A stretch of DNA of 56,925 nt from positions 191,041 to 247,965 of the forward strand of contig BEIL01000001.1 in the NCBI GenBank assembly GCA_002898235.1, given 5' to 3'. The notes under the pieces are model-generated. The model ran no database searches, had not been told where the DNA came from, and was given only the letters and a program-made list of their open reading frames with translations. This DNA is from a bacterium HR35 (GTDB lineage: Bacteria; Patescibacteriota; Minisyncoccia; UBA6257; HR35). Numbering within the stretch: the stretch's first letter is position 1; the number at the start of each line of letters is the position of its first letter. Shown here piece by piece: positions 1 through 9,017 of the stretch. Made by a program: the position numbers and the translations under genes.

Positions 1-247
1 GTTCCTGATTTAAAAATCTTTCATAATGGCCCATATCTTGATCGCATTCAGTTCCATCTTTTAAAACAAACACTTCACCATGTTCTAATGGATTCATTGT
101 TCCAGCATCGACATTAACATAAGGATCAATTTTAATGCAGGTTACTTTATAGCCGTACCAAGATAAAATTTTAGCAATTGAAGCGGTAGCAATGCCTTTA
201 CCAACTCCTGACATTACTCCACCGCAGACAAAAATGTATTTTGGCAT
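1..247 (-). CDS. pyrG: CTP synthase, N-terminal fragment (gene continues beyond window start)
   Basis: Own reverse translation from ATG at 245-247: [65 protein letters not shown]. This is the canonical CTP synthase N-terminus. Confidence 0.9.
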   Translation of the reverse strand, partial: MPKYIFVCGGVMSGVGKGIATASIAKILSWYGYKVTCIKIDPYVNVDAGTMNPLEHGEVFVLKDGTECDQDMGHYERFLNQE

Positions 248-266
248 TTCGGAATCTATTTTAAAA

Positions 267-1460
267 CTAAAACTCTGCTAAACCAAAGTCTTTTTTCCCT
301 TTTTTGATTAATAGATATCCGCCTCTTTCTAAAACCTTAACATTATTCAATAAATTTCTTGCTTCTGATTTAGATTTTGCTAAATTGAGCTCTACTAAAA
401 TTTCTTCCAGGGGTGTATTTTTATTAAATTTCTTTGTTGGGATAGCATCTTTTAAGATTTTAATTTCTTTTAAAGTGATATCTTCAAAGTTTTTATTAAA
501 AAGAATGTTAGTTATTTCTGAAACTTGATGAAAAACTTTTTCGCCATAAAGTGAGATAACAATTTCTTCGGCTAATTTTTTTTGAATAATTCTTAATTCC
601 TTATTTTTTTCGCCCTCTTCTATTATTTTTTCTATTTCCTCTAATTTTTTAAAAGAGTAAAAATATAAAAGATTTTTTGCCAAATCATCATCAAGATTAA
701 TCAAAAACTGATACATTCTAAAGGGATGAAATTTCTGAGGATCAAGCCAAAGAGTTTCACCTGCTTCTGTTTTTCCAAATTTTCTTCCAGTTTTAGGATC
801 AATCAAAAGGGGATAAACTAAACCATAAGCTTCTTGATTTGTTTTTTTTCTTATAAGCTCTATTCCCTGAATTATATTTCCCCATTGATCTGAACCGCCA
901 ATTTGCATTTGACAACCATATTTTTCAAATAGAACATAAAAATCATAAGCTTGAAGGAGTTGGTAGGTAAATTCGGCAAAAGACAGCATTTCTTGAGCAT
1001 TCAACCTTTCTTTCACAAATTCTAAATCAAGCATTGAATTTACACTCATAAATTTTCCTATATCTCTTAAAAATTCCATCAATTTCAAATTGTCCAACCA
1101 CTTAGAATTATCTATAAGTTTAACTTTTTTATTATCAATAGGTAAAAACTTTAAAATCTGTTTTCTTATTTTTTTCTTGTTTTTTTCCAAAACATCTAAT
1201 GGCAAAATAGGTCTTTCTTTGAGTTTTCCACTTGGATCACCAATTTTAGCTGTTCCTCCTCCCAAAATTATAATAATATTAAAACCATTTAAATAAAACC
1301 TTTTTAAGAGCGATAAACCTAAATAATTTCCTAAATGTAAAGAATCAGATGTTGGATCAACACCTAAATAAAGTGTTCCTTTTTTCTTAAAAAATTCTTC
1401 AATATTAGGAGTTGCTTGATAAATTAAATTTCTTTTTTTCAACTCAGTTAAAAAATCCAT
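267..1460 (-). CDS. tyrS: tyrosyl-tRNA synthetase
   Basis: [13 protein letters not shown] (HIGH-type motif), KFGKTE (KMSKS-type motif), C-terminal S4-like domain (SKSEARNLL). Confidence 0.9.
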   Translation of the reverse strand: MDFLTELKKRNLIYQATPNIEEFFKKKGTLYLGVDPTSDSLHLGNYLGLSLLKRFYLNGFNIIIILGGGTAKIGDPSGKLKERPILPLDVLEKNKKKIRKQILKFLPIDNKKVKLIDNSKWLDNLKLMEFLRDIGKFMSVNSMLDLEFVKERLNAQEMLSFAEFTYQLLQAYDFYVLFEKYGCQMQIGGSDQWGNIIQGIELIRKKTNQEAYGLVYPLLIDPKTGRKFGKTEAGETLWLDPQKFHPFRMYQFLINLDDDLAKNLLYFYSFKKLEEIEKIIEEGEKNKELRIIQKKLAEEIVISLYGEKVFHQVSEITNILFNKNFEDITLKEIKILKDAIPTKKFNKNTPLEEILVELNLAKSKSEARNLLNNVKVLERGGYLLIKKGKKDFGLAEF

Positions 1461-1464
1461 AATT

Positions 1465-1537
1465 TGCCCCCGGCAGGATTCGAACCTGCAACCTTGGGCT
1501 TAAGAGGCCCCTGCTCTACCAATTGAGCTACGGGGGC
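1465..1537 (-). tRNA. tRNA-Lys (anticodon CTT), no encoded CCA
   Basis: Reverse complement GCCCCCGTAGCTCAATTGGTAGAGCAGGGGCCTCTTAAGCCCAAGGTTGCAGGTTCGAATCCTGCCGGGGGCA folds as a 73-nt cloverleaf. Anticodon loop CTCTTAA, T-loop TTCGAAT. Confidence 0.85.
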
Positions 1538-1666
1538 GACGATATTACTAAATATTTCTTTAAATTATTATAACTAAAAATTTAGCCAAAATAAAAAACG
1601 GGCCATTCCGACCTTGTTTTTAGATTTTAATCTACCTTTAATCAAAAAGAGACTAGTTAATTTCTA

Positions 1667-1792
1667 TTAATTTAAAGCCCTTTGCATATCATCCATTACT
1701 TCCCTTACATCTTCTTCTACAGGATATGTTTCTGGTTTTTGTTCACTTCCGCTAGTATTTGTAGTATTTGGATTGTTGTTCTTGTCGTCCAT
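1667..1792 (-). CDS. hypothetical 41-aa acidic/polar small protein (below the ORF-track cutoff)
   Basis: Own translation: MDDKNNNPNTTNTSGSEQKPETYPVEEDVREVMDDMQRALN. It lies between hairpin/T-run elements. No clear Shine-Dalgarno sequence was found. Confidence 0.3.
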   Translation of the reverse strand: MDDKNNNPNTTNTSGSEQKPETYPVEEDVREVMDDMQRALN

Positions 1793-1823
1793 TTTTATTA
1801 TTCTTTTAATTAATTTCGACCTA

Positions 1824-1851
1824 AAATAAAAAAGGCCGGAATGACCCGGCC
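1824..1851 (-). terminator. intrinsic terminator-like hairpin (GGCCGG-6nt-CCGGCC followed by T-run on minus strand)
   Basis: The minus strand reads GGCCGGGTCATTCCGGCCTTTTTTATTTT, downstream of the 2022-2810 gene. Confidence 0.5.
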
Positions 1852-1924
1852 TAGTATTTTATTTGAGAGAATATAGGTTATTTCAGATTAAAATAAAATA
1901 CTAGGTCGGGCCATAATCCCGGCC
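1834..1924. repeat. long imperfect inverted repeat (about 31/34-nt arms, 26-nt loop) with a perfect 15-bp core
   Basis: Left arm ggccggaatgacccggcctagtattttattt (1834-1864). Reverse complement of the right arm (1891-1924) is ggccgggattatggcccgacctagtattttattt. The core CCTAGTATTTTATTT (1850-1864) pairs perfectly with 1891-1905. A partial third arm copy (ggtcggaatggcccg, reverse orientation) lies at 1606-1620. Confidence 0.8.
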
Positions 1925-1985
1925 AAAATAATAATAGAAATCAAATTTATAAGGAATAAATAAATTACCATATTATATGGTTGTA

Positions 1986-2015
1986 ATTTTATCATAAATA
2001 AAAAATATTTGTCAA
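1986..2015 (-). promoter_or_regulatory. sigma70-like promoter candidate (TTGACA - 18 nt - TAAAAT) reading into the hairpin region and small ORF
   Basis: The minus strand has TTGACA at 2015-2010 and TAAAAT at 1991-1986. A TATAAT follows about 10 nt further downstream (1977-1972). Confidence 0.3.
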
Positions 2016-2021
2016 GTAACT

Positions 2022-2810
2022 TCAATTAAACAAAACAGCAATAAGAGACCGCTCTTTGCCGTATTTTCGAGGATCTTGTAAATTCATTTTTTCAGAATAT
2101 TGTTTTATTTTCTCTCTTAAACCATCGTCCCAATCTTTAAAAATTTTTAAAAAATTTTCATCTTTCATATAATTTTCAAAACCATCAGTAAAAACAAAAA
2201 GACGGTCATCTTTTTCTAAATAAAGAACACCCTTTTCTAAATAATTTGCCATTCTATCTTCACCATTAATTACTGCGTAAGGAGAACAATTTCCAGAAGA
2301 TATAAATTTTAATTTCATATCTTTATCAAAATGCGCCACAAATGAATCACAAATAGTCGCCCAATAAACTTTATTTTCTTTAATGATTAAAAAAGCACCA
2401 GTTGCAGCATAAAAACCAGTTATATTTCCACAAATTTCGCTTTTCCCCACTTTTTCATTATACTTTTTTACTTCATTATTAGCTGCTTTAAAAATTTCAA
2501 CAATTTCCTTTTCATTAAGATTGTCATATTTTTTTGCTCCTATTTTAATAACAGCTTCACAAAATATTTTAGCCACTATACCTGCTGGTGAAGGATTTGG
2601 ATATTTTTGATTAGTTTCAATTAATTTTTTAAAATTCAAAGTAACACCATCAGCAACTACAAAAATAGGAGGCGAATCTATAGCAAGCAAATAATCTTCT
2701 GGAGGATGAAAAAAATCTTTTGCTTTATCTTCTGGAAGGTTAACTGTTTCTTTGGCAAATATCTTAATTAATTCTTCTGTTGCGTATTCTGTAATAGCCA
2801 AGTATTTCAT
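2022..2810 (-). CDS. PP2C/SpoIIE-like protein phosphatase domain protein
   Basis: Metal-binding-like motifs VVADGV and FVFTDGF are spaced as in PPM-family phosphatases. The assignment is weak. Confidence 0.45.
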   Translation of the reverse strand: MKYLAITEYATEELIKIFAKETVNLPEDKAKDFFHPPEDYLLAIDSPPIFVVADGVTLNFKKLIETNQKYPNPSPAGIVAKIFCEAVIKIGAKKYDNLNEKEIVEIFKAANNEVKKYNEKVGKSEICGNITGFYAATGAFLIIKENKVYWATICDSFVAHFDKDMKLKFISSGNCSPYAVINGEDRMANYLEKGVLYLEKDDRLFVFTDGFENYMKDENFLKIFKDWDDGLREKIKQYSEKMNLQDPRKYGKERSLIAVLFN

Positions 2811-3931
2811 TGACTTAAAAATTTAATTGGATCTAAATAGCCAAACTTATCTGGATTATCAGGAACATAACCATAACAATTTTTATATTCACCATTAATT
2901 AAACATTTTGCCATAAAAGGATTTTCTAAAACCGGCTTATTTTTAATCTCAAAATGTAAATGGATGTCTAATTTGCCTTTTTTATCACATCCATCTTCCC
3001 AGATTCTCCAATAATTACAACCATAACCAGTAGCACCAACTTTACCAATTATATCTCCCTTTTTAATAAAATCGCCTTCTTTTAAATTTTCTCTTATTTG
3101 AGCTAAATGGGCATAAAGAGAATAAATTTTTTTATCTTCAATTAAATGTTCAACAATTACTACATTTCCTAGTCCATGATCATTATATCCATTTTTAACT
3201 ATTTTAGCAATCCTACCATCATAAATATTATAAACATTTAAATCTTGAGCATCAGGATTAGGCGCTAAATCAACTCCAGCATGCTGAAGATAATCTACTC
3301 TTCTATCTTTACTATTCGACCAAGCAGTTCTTACAGGGCTATTAAATCTTTGTCTAATATAAAATTCATTTTTATTCACAGGAAGAACGAATTTTTTATT
3401 TAAAACAATATCATCTAAATCTTTATAAATAATTACTAAATCTCCGCTTTTTACTTTTCTAAAAAATTCTTGAGCTACCTTATTCCATAATCTAATACAA
3501 CCGCCAGTAAAATCAGTTCTTACTCTTTCTCCATTTAAGTAATAAGGAATTTCATGAATAAAAAAATCTTCATAAATTTGAACAGCATAATTCATATATA
3601 CTGGAAATAATGAAGAAATATGTTTTTCTTTTTTAACTCCAATCCGAAAATAACCTGTCGGTGTTTGATACCAAACTCCTTCTGGTGCTTGATAAGCAAT
3701 TGGAAAGACTTCTTTTAATTCACAATTTTCAAAAAAATAAATTTGGTTTTTAGATAAATTTATTTCCCAAACTCTAAATTCGCAAATTTTAGGTTTTATT
3801 TTATTAGTTGAAACTACACTTATTTTATTTTCTAAATTTATAAAGTAAACTCTCGGTAAAGTAGAAAAAAGTTTTATAACCCACAAAATCAAAATAAAAA
3901 CTATTGAAAGAAAAAGAATTTTAATTTTCAT
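2807..3931 (-). CDS. membrane-anchored L,D-transpeptidase (YkuD) fused to M23/LytM metallopeptidase
   Basis: N-terminal TM helix. YkuD catalytic motif FIHE...FTGGCIRL. M23 motifs HAGVDL, LYAHL and IHLHFEI. Confidence 0.8.
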   Translation of the reverse strand: MKIKILFLSIVFILILWVIKLFSTLPRVYFINLENKISVVSTNKIKPKICEFRVWEINLSKNQIYFFENCELKEVFPIAYQAPEGVWYQTPTGYFRIGVKKEKHISSLFPVYMNYAVQIYEDFFIHEIPYYLNGERVRTDFTGGCIRLWNKVAQEFFRKVKSGDLVIIYKDLDDIVLNKKFVLPVNKNEFYIRQRFNSPVRTAWSNSKDRRVDYLQHAGVDLAPNPDAQDLNVYNIYDGRIAKIVKNGYNDHGLGNVVIVEHLIEDKKIYSLYAHLAQIRENLKEGDFIKKGDIIGKVGATGYGCNYWRIWEDGCDKKGKLDIHLHFEIKNKPVLENPFMAKCLINGEYKNCYGYVPDNPDKFGYLDPIKFLSQ

Positions 3932-3933
3932 TA

Positions 3934-4593
3934 TTAAGCTCGAACAATTATAGTTATTTCTCCTTTTAATTTTTTATTTTCCAATTTTTCAATTATCTCA
4001 TTAATATTTCCTCTTAGATATTCTTCGTAGATTTTAGAAATTTCTCGAGCAATAACAACTTGACAATTACCAAAAATTTTTTTTATGATTTCTAAAGTTT
4101 TTAACAATCTCTTTGGTGATTCATAAAAAACAATTGTTACTTCTAATTCTTTTATTTTGCTAAAATAATTTTCCAATCCCTTTTTAGGTAAAAAGCCCAA
4201 AAACAAAAATTTATCGGTTGGCAATCCAGAGCCAATTAAAGCAGTTAAAAAAGCACTTGGTCCTGGCAAGACTTCAATTTGAATATTATTTTCTAAACAA
4301 GCTTTAACTAATTTATAACCAGGATCAGAAATTAAAGGCATACCAGCATCAACTACTAAAGCCGCATTATAATTTTTTAAAATTTCTAAAAGTTGGGGAA
4401 TTTTCTTTTCTTCTTTGGGAGCAAAATAAGAAATTAATTTCTTATTTTTAATATCATAATGATCGAGTAAAATTTTTGTTCTTCTTGTATCTTCGCAAAA
4501 AATATAATCAACTTGTTTTAAAACCTCAAGTGATCTTAAAGTAATATCATTTAAATTGCCTATAGGGGTGGGGACAACAAAGAGTTTTGTCAT
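3934..4593 (-). CDS. rsmI: 16S rRNA (cytidine1402-2'-O)-methyltransferase
   Basis: LFVVPTPIGNLNDITLRSLEVLKQVDYIFCEDTRRT and DAGMPLISDPGY are typical of the RsmI tetrapyrrole-methylase fold. Confidence 0.85.
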   Translation of the reverse strand: MTKLFVVPTPIGNLNDITLRSLEVLKQVDYIFCEDTRRTKILLDHYDIKNKKLISYFAPKEEKKIPQLLEILKNYNAALVVDAGMPLISDPGYKLVKACLENNIQIEVLPGPSAFLTALIGSGLPTDKFLFLGFLPKKGLENYFSKIKELEVTIVFYESPKRLLKTLEIIKKIFGNCQVVIAREISKIYEEYLRGNINEIIEKLENKKLKGEITIIVRA

Positions 4594-4594
4594 T

Positions 4595-5347
4595 CTATCT
4601 ATAAGGAGTGATACTTACTACTTCAATAAAACTAAGATCTCTATTTAAAGTCGGCATCTTTCTGCCTTTTACTTTAACAAAAGTGTTAATAAAATTATTT
4701 AGATTGATATTTTCTGCTTTCAAAAAGTAAATCTGATTGGAAGTAATTAAAATAAATTCAAAATCATCAAAAGTTTTTGATGGCAGTTTAAGGAGATAAC
4801 CATTATAGCTTTCAAGCTTAATTTGAGAAGTTTCAAAAGGAATTATTTGGAAAGTTTGTGATTCAGCTCGTTTAAGGACTCTATTTGAAAAATTGTTTCT
4901 TAATTCTATAATCCAGAGATACTTATTAGAAGGAGTAAAATTAAAAGGAATTTCAAAACGATAGTTATATCTTCCTCTAAGGTCAAAAGGAAGAATGTCT
5001 TCTTTTAATGGTTGGTTAGAAATTTCGAAATTATAAAGAGCTATTTTCCAAGAATAGGGCAAAATGTAGTCAGGGTCAGTTTGTTCGCTTTTTGTTAGAG
5101 GTTCTCTAAAAATTAAATTCCAACGGAGTTCAAGAAAGCTAGCAGGCCTAAATTTTGATTTAGAAGTAGGATTAGTAATCTCCATTTTAGCTAAGCTAAT
5201 TTTTTGGTCAAAATAATTTAGTTTATAAACAAAAGACATCAATTTTAAAAATATTTGATTTATTTCTGGATCAGGAACAGACAATGACTGAGCAAAAACT
5301 ATTTCAAAAATAAAAAAGAGACTTAAAACTATAATTAATTTTCTCAT
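4595..5347 (-). CDS. hypothetical secreted protein
   Basis: N-terminal signal-peptide-like segment MRKLIIVLSLFFIFEIVFAQS. No recognised motifs. Confidence 0.5.
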   Translation of the reverse strand: MRKLIIVLSLFFIFEIVFAQSLSVPDPEINQIFLKLMSFVYKLNYFDQKISLAKMEITNPTSKSKFRPASFLELRWNLIFREPLTKSEQTDPDYILPYSWKIALYNFEISNQPLKEDILPFDLRGRYNYRFEIPFNFTPSNKYLWIIELRNNFSNRVLKRAESQTFQIIPFETSQIKLESYNGYLLKLPSKTFDDFEFILITSNQIYFLKAENINLNNFINTFVKVKGRKMPTLNRDLSFIEVVSITPYR

Positions 5348-5356
5348 TTCTTTTTA

Positions 5357-6271
5357 TTATAAATTATTTCTTAAAGAAACCAAACAACCTAAAAGAACAG
5401 ATAAATCACCGCCTTGAGCTTTTATTAGTTTTAAATTAATAGGCAAAGGATAAAAATTTTTTGTATATTTAATTAAGTTTTTAAAATTAAGAGCTTTAAT
5501 TAAGCTTCCGCCTAAAATAATTTTATCAACAGACCAAAAAATTGAAACATTAACTAAAAAGATTGCTAATATTTTACTCAAATCATCCCAAATTTTCTTA
5601 TCTTTTATTTCTTCTGGTTTTTTCTTAAAAATTTTTTCTAAACTTTTACCGCCAAAAAGTTCTTCAATTTCAAATGGCAAAATCTTGTTAGTTTTATTTT
5701 GAATCAAAATAAATGAATGTCCAGGTTCAAAACCAAAAACATTATCATCAAAATTTTTATTAACTATTTTCACTCCACCAATTCCTGTCCCTAAAGTTAT
5801 ATAACCGAAACTATTAAAATTCTTCCCTGCTCCAAAATATGCTTCTCCTAAACCAGCTAAAGCAGCGTCATTTTCTAAAACCACGGATGTACGCGGATTA
5901 TTATACGGATTAACGCGGATATTGTTTTTTAACACAAATAAACACTGATATAATATTTTTTCAAGGTCTTTTTTCAGATTTCTTCCAATATAATCTTTTA
6001 AGTTTGGAGCATAAATTAACTTTTCTTTCTTTTTATCAAATAAACCAGCAAAACCAAAACAAATTTTTAACGCAGAACCGCGCAAAACTGACGAGAAATT
6101 ATGCAAAATGTAATTTTTAATTAACTCCAAAAAATCTTCATATTTTTGAGGAGTATTAAAAATTTTAGTATTTTGCTTTAGTTTTTTATAAACTTGATTT
6201 GAACTTAAAGAAACTTTATCAATAAATGCTAATCTTGTTTTTGTTCCACCTATATCTCCTAAAAAGTACAT
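5357..6271 (-). CDS. ROK-family glucokinase/sugar kinase
   Basis: N-terminal GDIGGTKTRLA (ATP-binding), ENDAALAGLGE and GTGIGGV motifs. Confidence 0.75.
   Translation of the reverse strand: MYFLGDIGGTKTRLAFIDKVSLSSNQVYKKLKQNTKIFNTPQKYEDFLELIKNYILHNFSSVLRGSALKICFGFAGLFDKKKEKLIYAPNLKDYIGRNLKKDLEKILYQCLFVLKNNIRVNPYNNPRTSVVLENDAALAGLGEAYFGAGKNFNSFGYITLGTGIGGVKIVNKNFDDNVFGFEPGHSFILIQNKTNKILPFEIEELFGGKSLEKIFKKKPEEIKDKKIWDDLSKILAIFLVNVSIFWSVDKIILGGSLIKALNFKNLIKYTKNFYPLPINLKLIKAQGGDLSVLLGCLVSLRNNL
5883..5923. repeat. CG-containing short-unit repeat module inside the glucokinase CDS (in frame)
   Basis: Plus strand acggatgtacgcggattattatacggattaacgcggatatt. Coding sense is AATATCCGCGTTAATCCGTATAATAATCCGCGTACATCCGT, giving NIRVNPYNNPRTSV. 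It is near-identical to the murD module at 11844-11887. Confidence 0.8.
6070..6094. repeat. second CG-containing repeat unit inside the glucokinase CDS
   Basis: Plus strand acgcagaaccgcgcaaaactgacg (protein SSVLRGSALK). It contains the TCTGCGT-type unit on the coding strand (ggttctgcgttaaaa). Confidence 0.5.
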
Positions 6272-6706
6272 TTATTCAAATTTCCTAAGATGAGCGCCAA
6301 TTACAAAAGCTAAGGAAATTATCACTAAGTTTTTAATAATATATTGCCCTTCTAAAGTTGGAACTAGAAATTTTTGCCAAGTTATTTGAGGAAGTAAAAC
6401 CAAAGGCATAAAGGTTGTTATCATATGAATAATTAAAAGAAAAATTGCTAATCTTTCGAAACGGGGAATAATAAAAGTTAAACCAATAAGCATTTCAAAT
6501 AAACCAAAGAAAATAATAAAATAACTAAAAGGAAAGAAATTTAAAGTTTTTTGAAACAAAGCTTCAACCAAAGGAGTTGCTGGACTAAAACCTAAAACTT
6601 TTAAAAGGCCAAAATAAAAGAAAACAATAAAAAGAGAAATTCGAGCTAAAGGTTGCCAAGTTTTATTTAGTAATTTAATTATTGTTTCATCGATAAATTG
6701 AAACAT
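6272..6706 (-). CDS. small integral membrane protein (about 4 TM helices), family uncertain
   Basis: Hydrophobic helices throughout the sequence. No catalytic motifs. Confidence 0.5.
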   Translation of the reverse strand: MFQFIDETIIKLLNKTWQPLARISLFIVFFYFGLLKVLGFSPATPLVEALFQKTLNFFPFSYFIIFFGLFEMLIGLTFIIPRFERLAIFLLIIHMITTFMPLVLLPQITWQKFLVPTLEGQYIIKNLVIISLAFVIGAHLRKFE

Positions 6707-6707
6707 T

Positions 6708-7127
6708 CTAATTTATTAAAAATAAATTTGTTATTTCATCAAATTCTCTTTTTACCTTATTTTTAAAAGCAAAAAACATTATTTCACAGGTAGGAAAAAC
6801 TATAAGTTCTTTTAAATGGCCTGAAATTGCTTTTAAACTTTTATCACCTAAAGTGGCATGAATATGTAAATAATGATGGTTTTCTTTTAAAGTTAAATTA
6901 CCAATTAAACTTCCAATCTCCATCTGCTTTTTTATTTCAAACCAATCATAATCTTTTTTCTTTTCATTATACCTTCCAATTAAACATTTTTTACTCGCAC
7001 CAATTCCATAAAAAAATCCCGAATTAATTTTGTATTTTTTAGCAAAATTTAATAAAGCAGTAAATAATTCTTCCTCAGGTTCAATTCTTAATAAAAATTG
7101 ATTTTGATTTATTCTTTTAATAATCAT
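6708..7127 (-). CDS. PPC/DUF296 domain protein (PD1-like DNA-binding fold)
   Basis: [14 protein letters not shown]...[10 protein letters not shown]...SGHL is the pattern typical of DUF296. A 4-nt overlap with dcd suggests an operon. Confidence 0.6.
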   Translation of the reverse strand: MIIKRINQNQFLLRIEPEEELFTALLNFAKKYKINSGFFYGIGASKKCLIGRYNEKKKDYDWFEIKKQMEIGSLIGNLTLKENHHYLHIHATLGDKSLKAISGHLKELIVFPTCEIMFFAFKNKVKREFDEITNLFLIN

Positions 7128-8956
7128 TTATCTACTTTTGGTAAAGTTATTCCTTTTTGACCTTGATATTTTCCTTTACGATCAGCATAAGAAATTTTAC
7201 ATGGTTCATCTGCTTCTAAAAAGATAACTTGGGCAATTCCCTCATTAGCATAAATTTTTGCTGGAAGTGGCGTTGTATTGGAAATTTCTATCGTGAAATG
7301 TCCCTCCCAACAATTGCTTGACCAACAAGGTTTACCATTTCTTCTTACATAAAGAGTATGATTAGGTACAGTGATGTCATAAACATAACCCTCGTAATAA
7401 AATTTTGAAAAGGAATGTTTGTAAATCTTAGGAGTTAAATTTGTTTTATTTATTCTAATCTTATAAGCTGGATAGTTAGATTTAATAAGATGTCCTTTTA
7501 GATATCTTTCTCTTTTTTCTTTCCCAACTTTTCTTATTATGCTTGTATAACCACATTTAAGTATTATTTCTTGCAGATCATCAGCTAATTTCTTAGAGCT
7601 AGTTGTGTAAGTTTGTGTCTGCAAGTTACCATCTCCCAACATCATAGCTTTAATCAAAATTTTTAATTGTTGGGGGCATAATTCTTTTATTTCTGTAGGA
7701 ATATATTTTTGATATGCGTGTCCGAATTGTTTTAAGTATAAACATAAAGATTTATTCAAAATAACAAAACCTTCTTTGGTCTCAAAAAACTTGAATGGTA
7801 ATTTCTTAAGCCATTTTTTAATTAAACTCTTTTTCTTACAATCAAAACAAGCTATCTTTACTACGTAATTTCCTTTTCTTTTATCAATATAAGCACTTCC
7901 TTCTGCTATCCATATACCAAAAAATCGAAGCCAATCATTCATCTTTATTTTAATCGGAGAAAAATAAATATTATTTAGAGCCTGAAGAGCTTCTCTTTTA
8001 ATATCCCAAATATAAATTTTATTAGCTCCAATCCTTCTCCTTAAATAAGAAACTTCTTTGGTTAGTAGTCTTTTTTCATAAAGACCATTTAAAATCTGAT
8101 TAAAAGTTCTATAAGAAAATTTATTGGGTAATGCTTTATAAAGCATCAAAGAGTTTACTTTTGTTTTAGTCGAATTCAAAACATCTAAAATATCTTTTTC
8201 TTTTCTATATCTTGAAAATAACTTTTCATCTAAAGCTTTTGGTAAATAAAAATATTCTACTCTCTTACCTTTCCATTTTGCATCTCTTTTTAATTCATAG
8301 TTATACTTACCGTATACATTTTTAGCTTTAATAAATTCAAAATAATTTCTCCATCTTTTCTTTACTAAAAGGAAATGATCTGGGGTTATAGCCAAATCAA
8401 TAACTTTATTTTTAATTTGAATTAATTCTCCCTTATATTTAAATCGATGAAATTTTAAGATTGGTTGATATTCTAATTCTCCTTTCGAATTTAGGGTGGC
8501 CACTGAATCGGTTTTCTTTAAATTTTTAAATTTTTTCCAACCATCTAAAGTTAAAACTTCCGTTTTATCATCATAACATGGTTCTCCAGGAGTTACATTA
8601 ACAATAATTCCGCAACGAGCATAAGTTGATTTACCCAAAACAATAGCTAAAACATTTCTCGGGATTCTAAAATATTCTACTGAACGAGCTAAAACAAATG
8701 AATTAGGAGGAATAATACAAAATTTACCTTTATGTTTGATAAAATATGTTTCTTTTGCATTTTTAGGATCAATAATTTCAGTTGGATAAGCATTATGAAA
8801 AATATAAAATTCATCAGCAACTCTCATATCATAACCATAACTTGAAAGTCCATAAGAAACTTTTCCTTTTTTAACAAGCTTTTCAACAAAAGGCTCAATC
8901 ATTTTATGCTTTCTTGCCATATGTTTTATCCATTCGTCATTTTTGATTCCAGCCAT
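7124..8956 (-). CDS. dcd: dCTP deaminase precursor carrying an intein
   Basis: Exteins aa 1-126 (...[15 protein letters not shown]...[14 protein letters not shown]) and aa 549-610 ([32 protein letters not shown]...) join to a 188-aa Dcd-like protein. Confidence 0.85.
   Translation of the reverse strand: MAGIKNDEWIKHMARKHKMIEPFVEKLVKKGKVSYGLSSYGYDMRVADEFYIFHNAYPTEIIDPKNAKETYFIKHKGKFCIIPPNSFVLARSVEYFRIPRNVLAIVLGKSTYARCGIIVNVTPGEPCYDDKTEVLTLDGWKKFKNLKKTDSVATLNSKGELEYQPILKFHRFKYKGELIQIKNKVIDLAITPDHFLLVKKRWRNYFEFIKAKNVYGKYNYELKRDAKWKGKRVEYFYLPKALDEKLFSRYRKEKDILDVLNSTKTKVNSLMLYKALPNKFSYRTFNQILNGLYEKRLLTKEVSYLRRRIGANKIYIWDIKREALQALNNIYFSPIKIKMNDWLRFFGIWIAEGSAYIDKRKGNYVVKIACFDCKKKSLIKKWLKKLPFKFFETKEGFVILNKSLCLYLKQFGHAYQKYIPTEIKELCPQQLKILIKAMMLGDGNLQTQTYTTSSKKLADDLQEIILKCGYTSIIRKVGKEKRERYLKGHLIKSNYPAYKIRINKTNLTPKIYKHSFSKFYYEGYVYDITVPNHTLYVRRNGKPCWSSNCWEGHFTIEISNTTPLPAKIYANEGIAQVIFLEADEPCKISYADRKGKYQGQKGITLPKVDK
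7313..8578 (-). mobile_element. 422-aa intein with LAGLIDADG homing-endonuclease domain inside dcd
   Basis: It starts with Cys ([13 protein letters not shown]) and has ITPDH (block B). LAGLIDADG motifs are [11 protein letters not shown] and [12 protein letters not shown]. It ends [14 protein letters not shown]...WSSN, followed by a +1 Cys. Confidence 0.85.
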
Positions 8957-9017
8957 TTTAAAATTATTTTACTATTTCTTAATAAATTTTCAAATTTTTT
9001 AAAATAAAATTAAAACA

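Noticed and set aside
304-528. Short antisense ORFs inside larger genes. Examples: 304-528, 1090-1296, 6827-7027, 10705-10947, 23647-23925, 26683-26865, 28909-29115, 29220-29438, 31639-31845, 34455-34640, 36624-36809, 44108-44386, 48375-48599, 53016-53204 and 55060-55326.
   Set aside because: These are shadow ORFs on the opposite strand of well-supported genes in AT-rich DNA. Their composition is low-complexity and they have no motifs.
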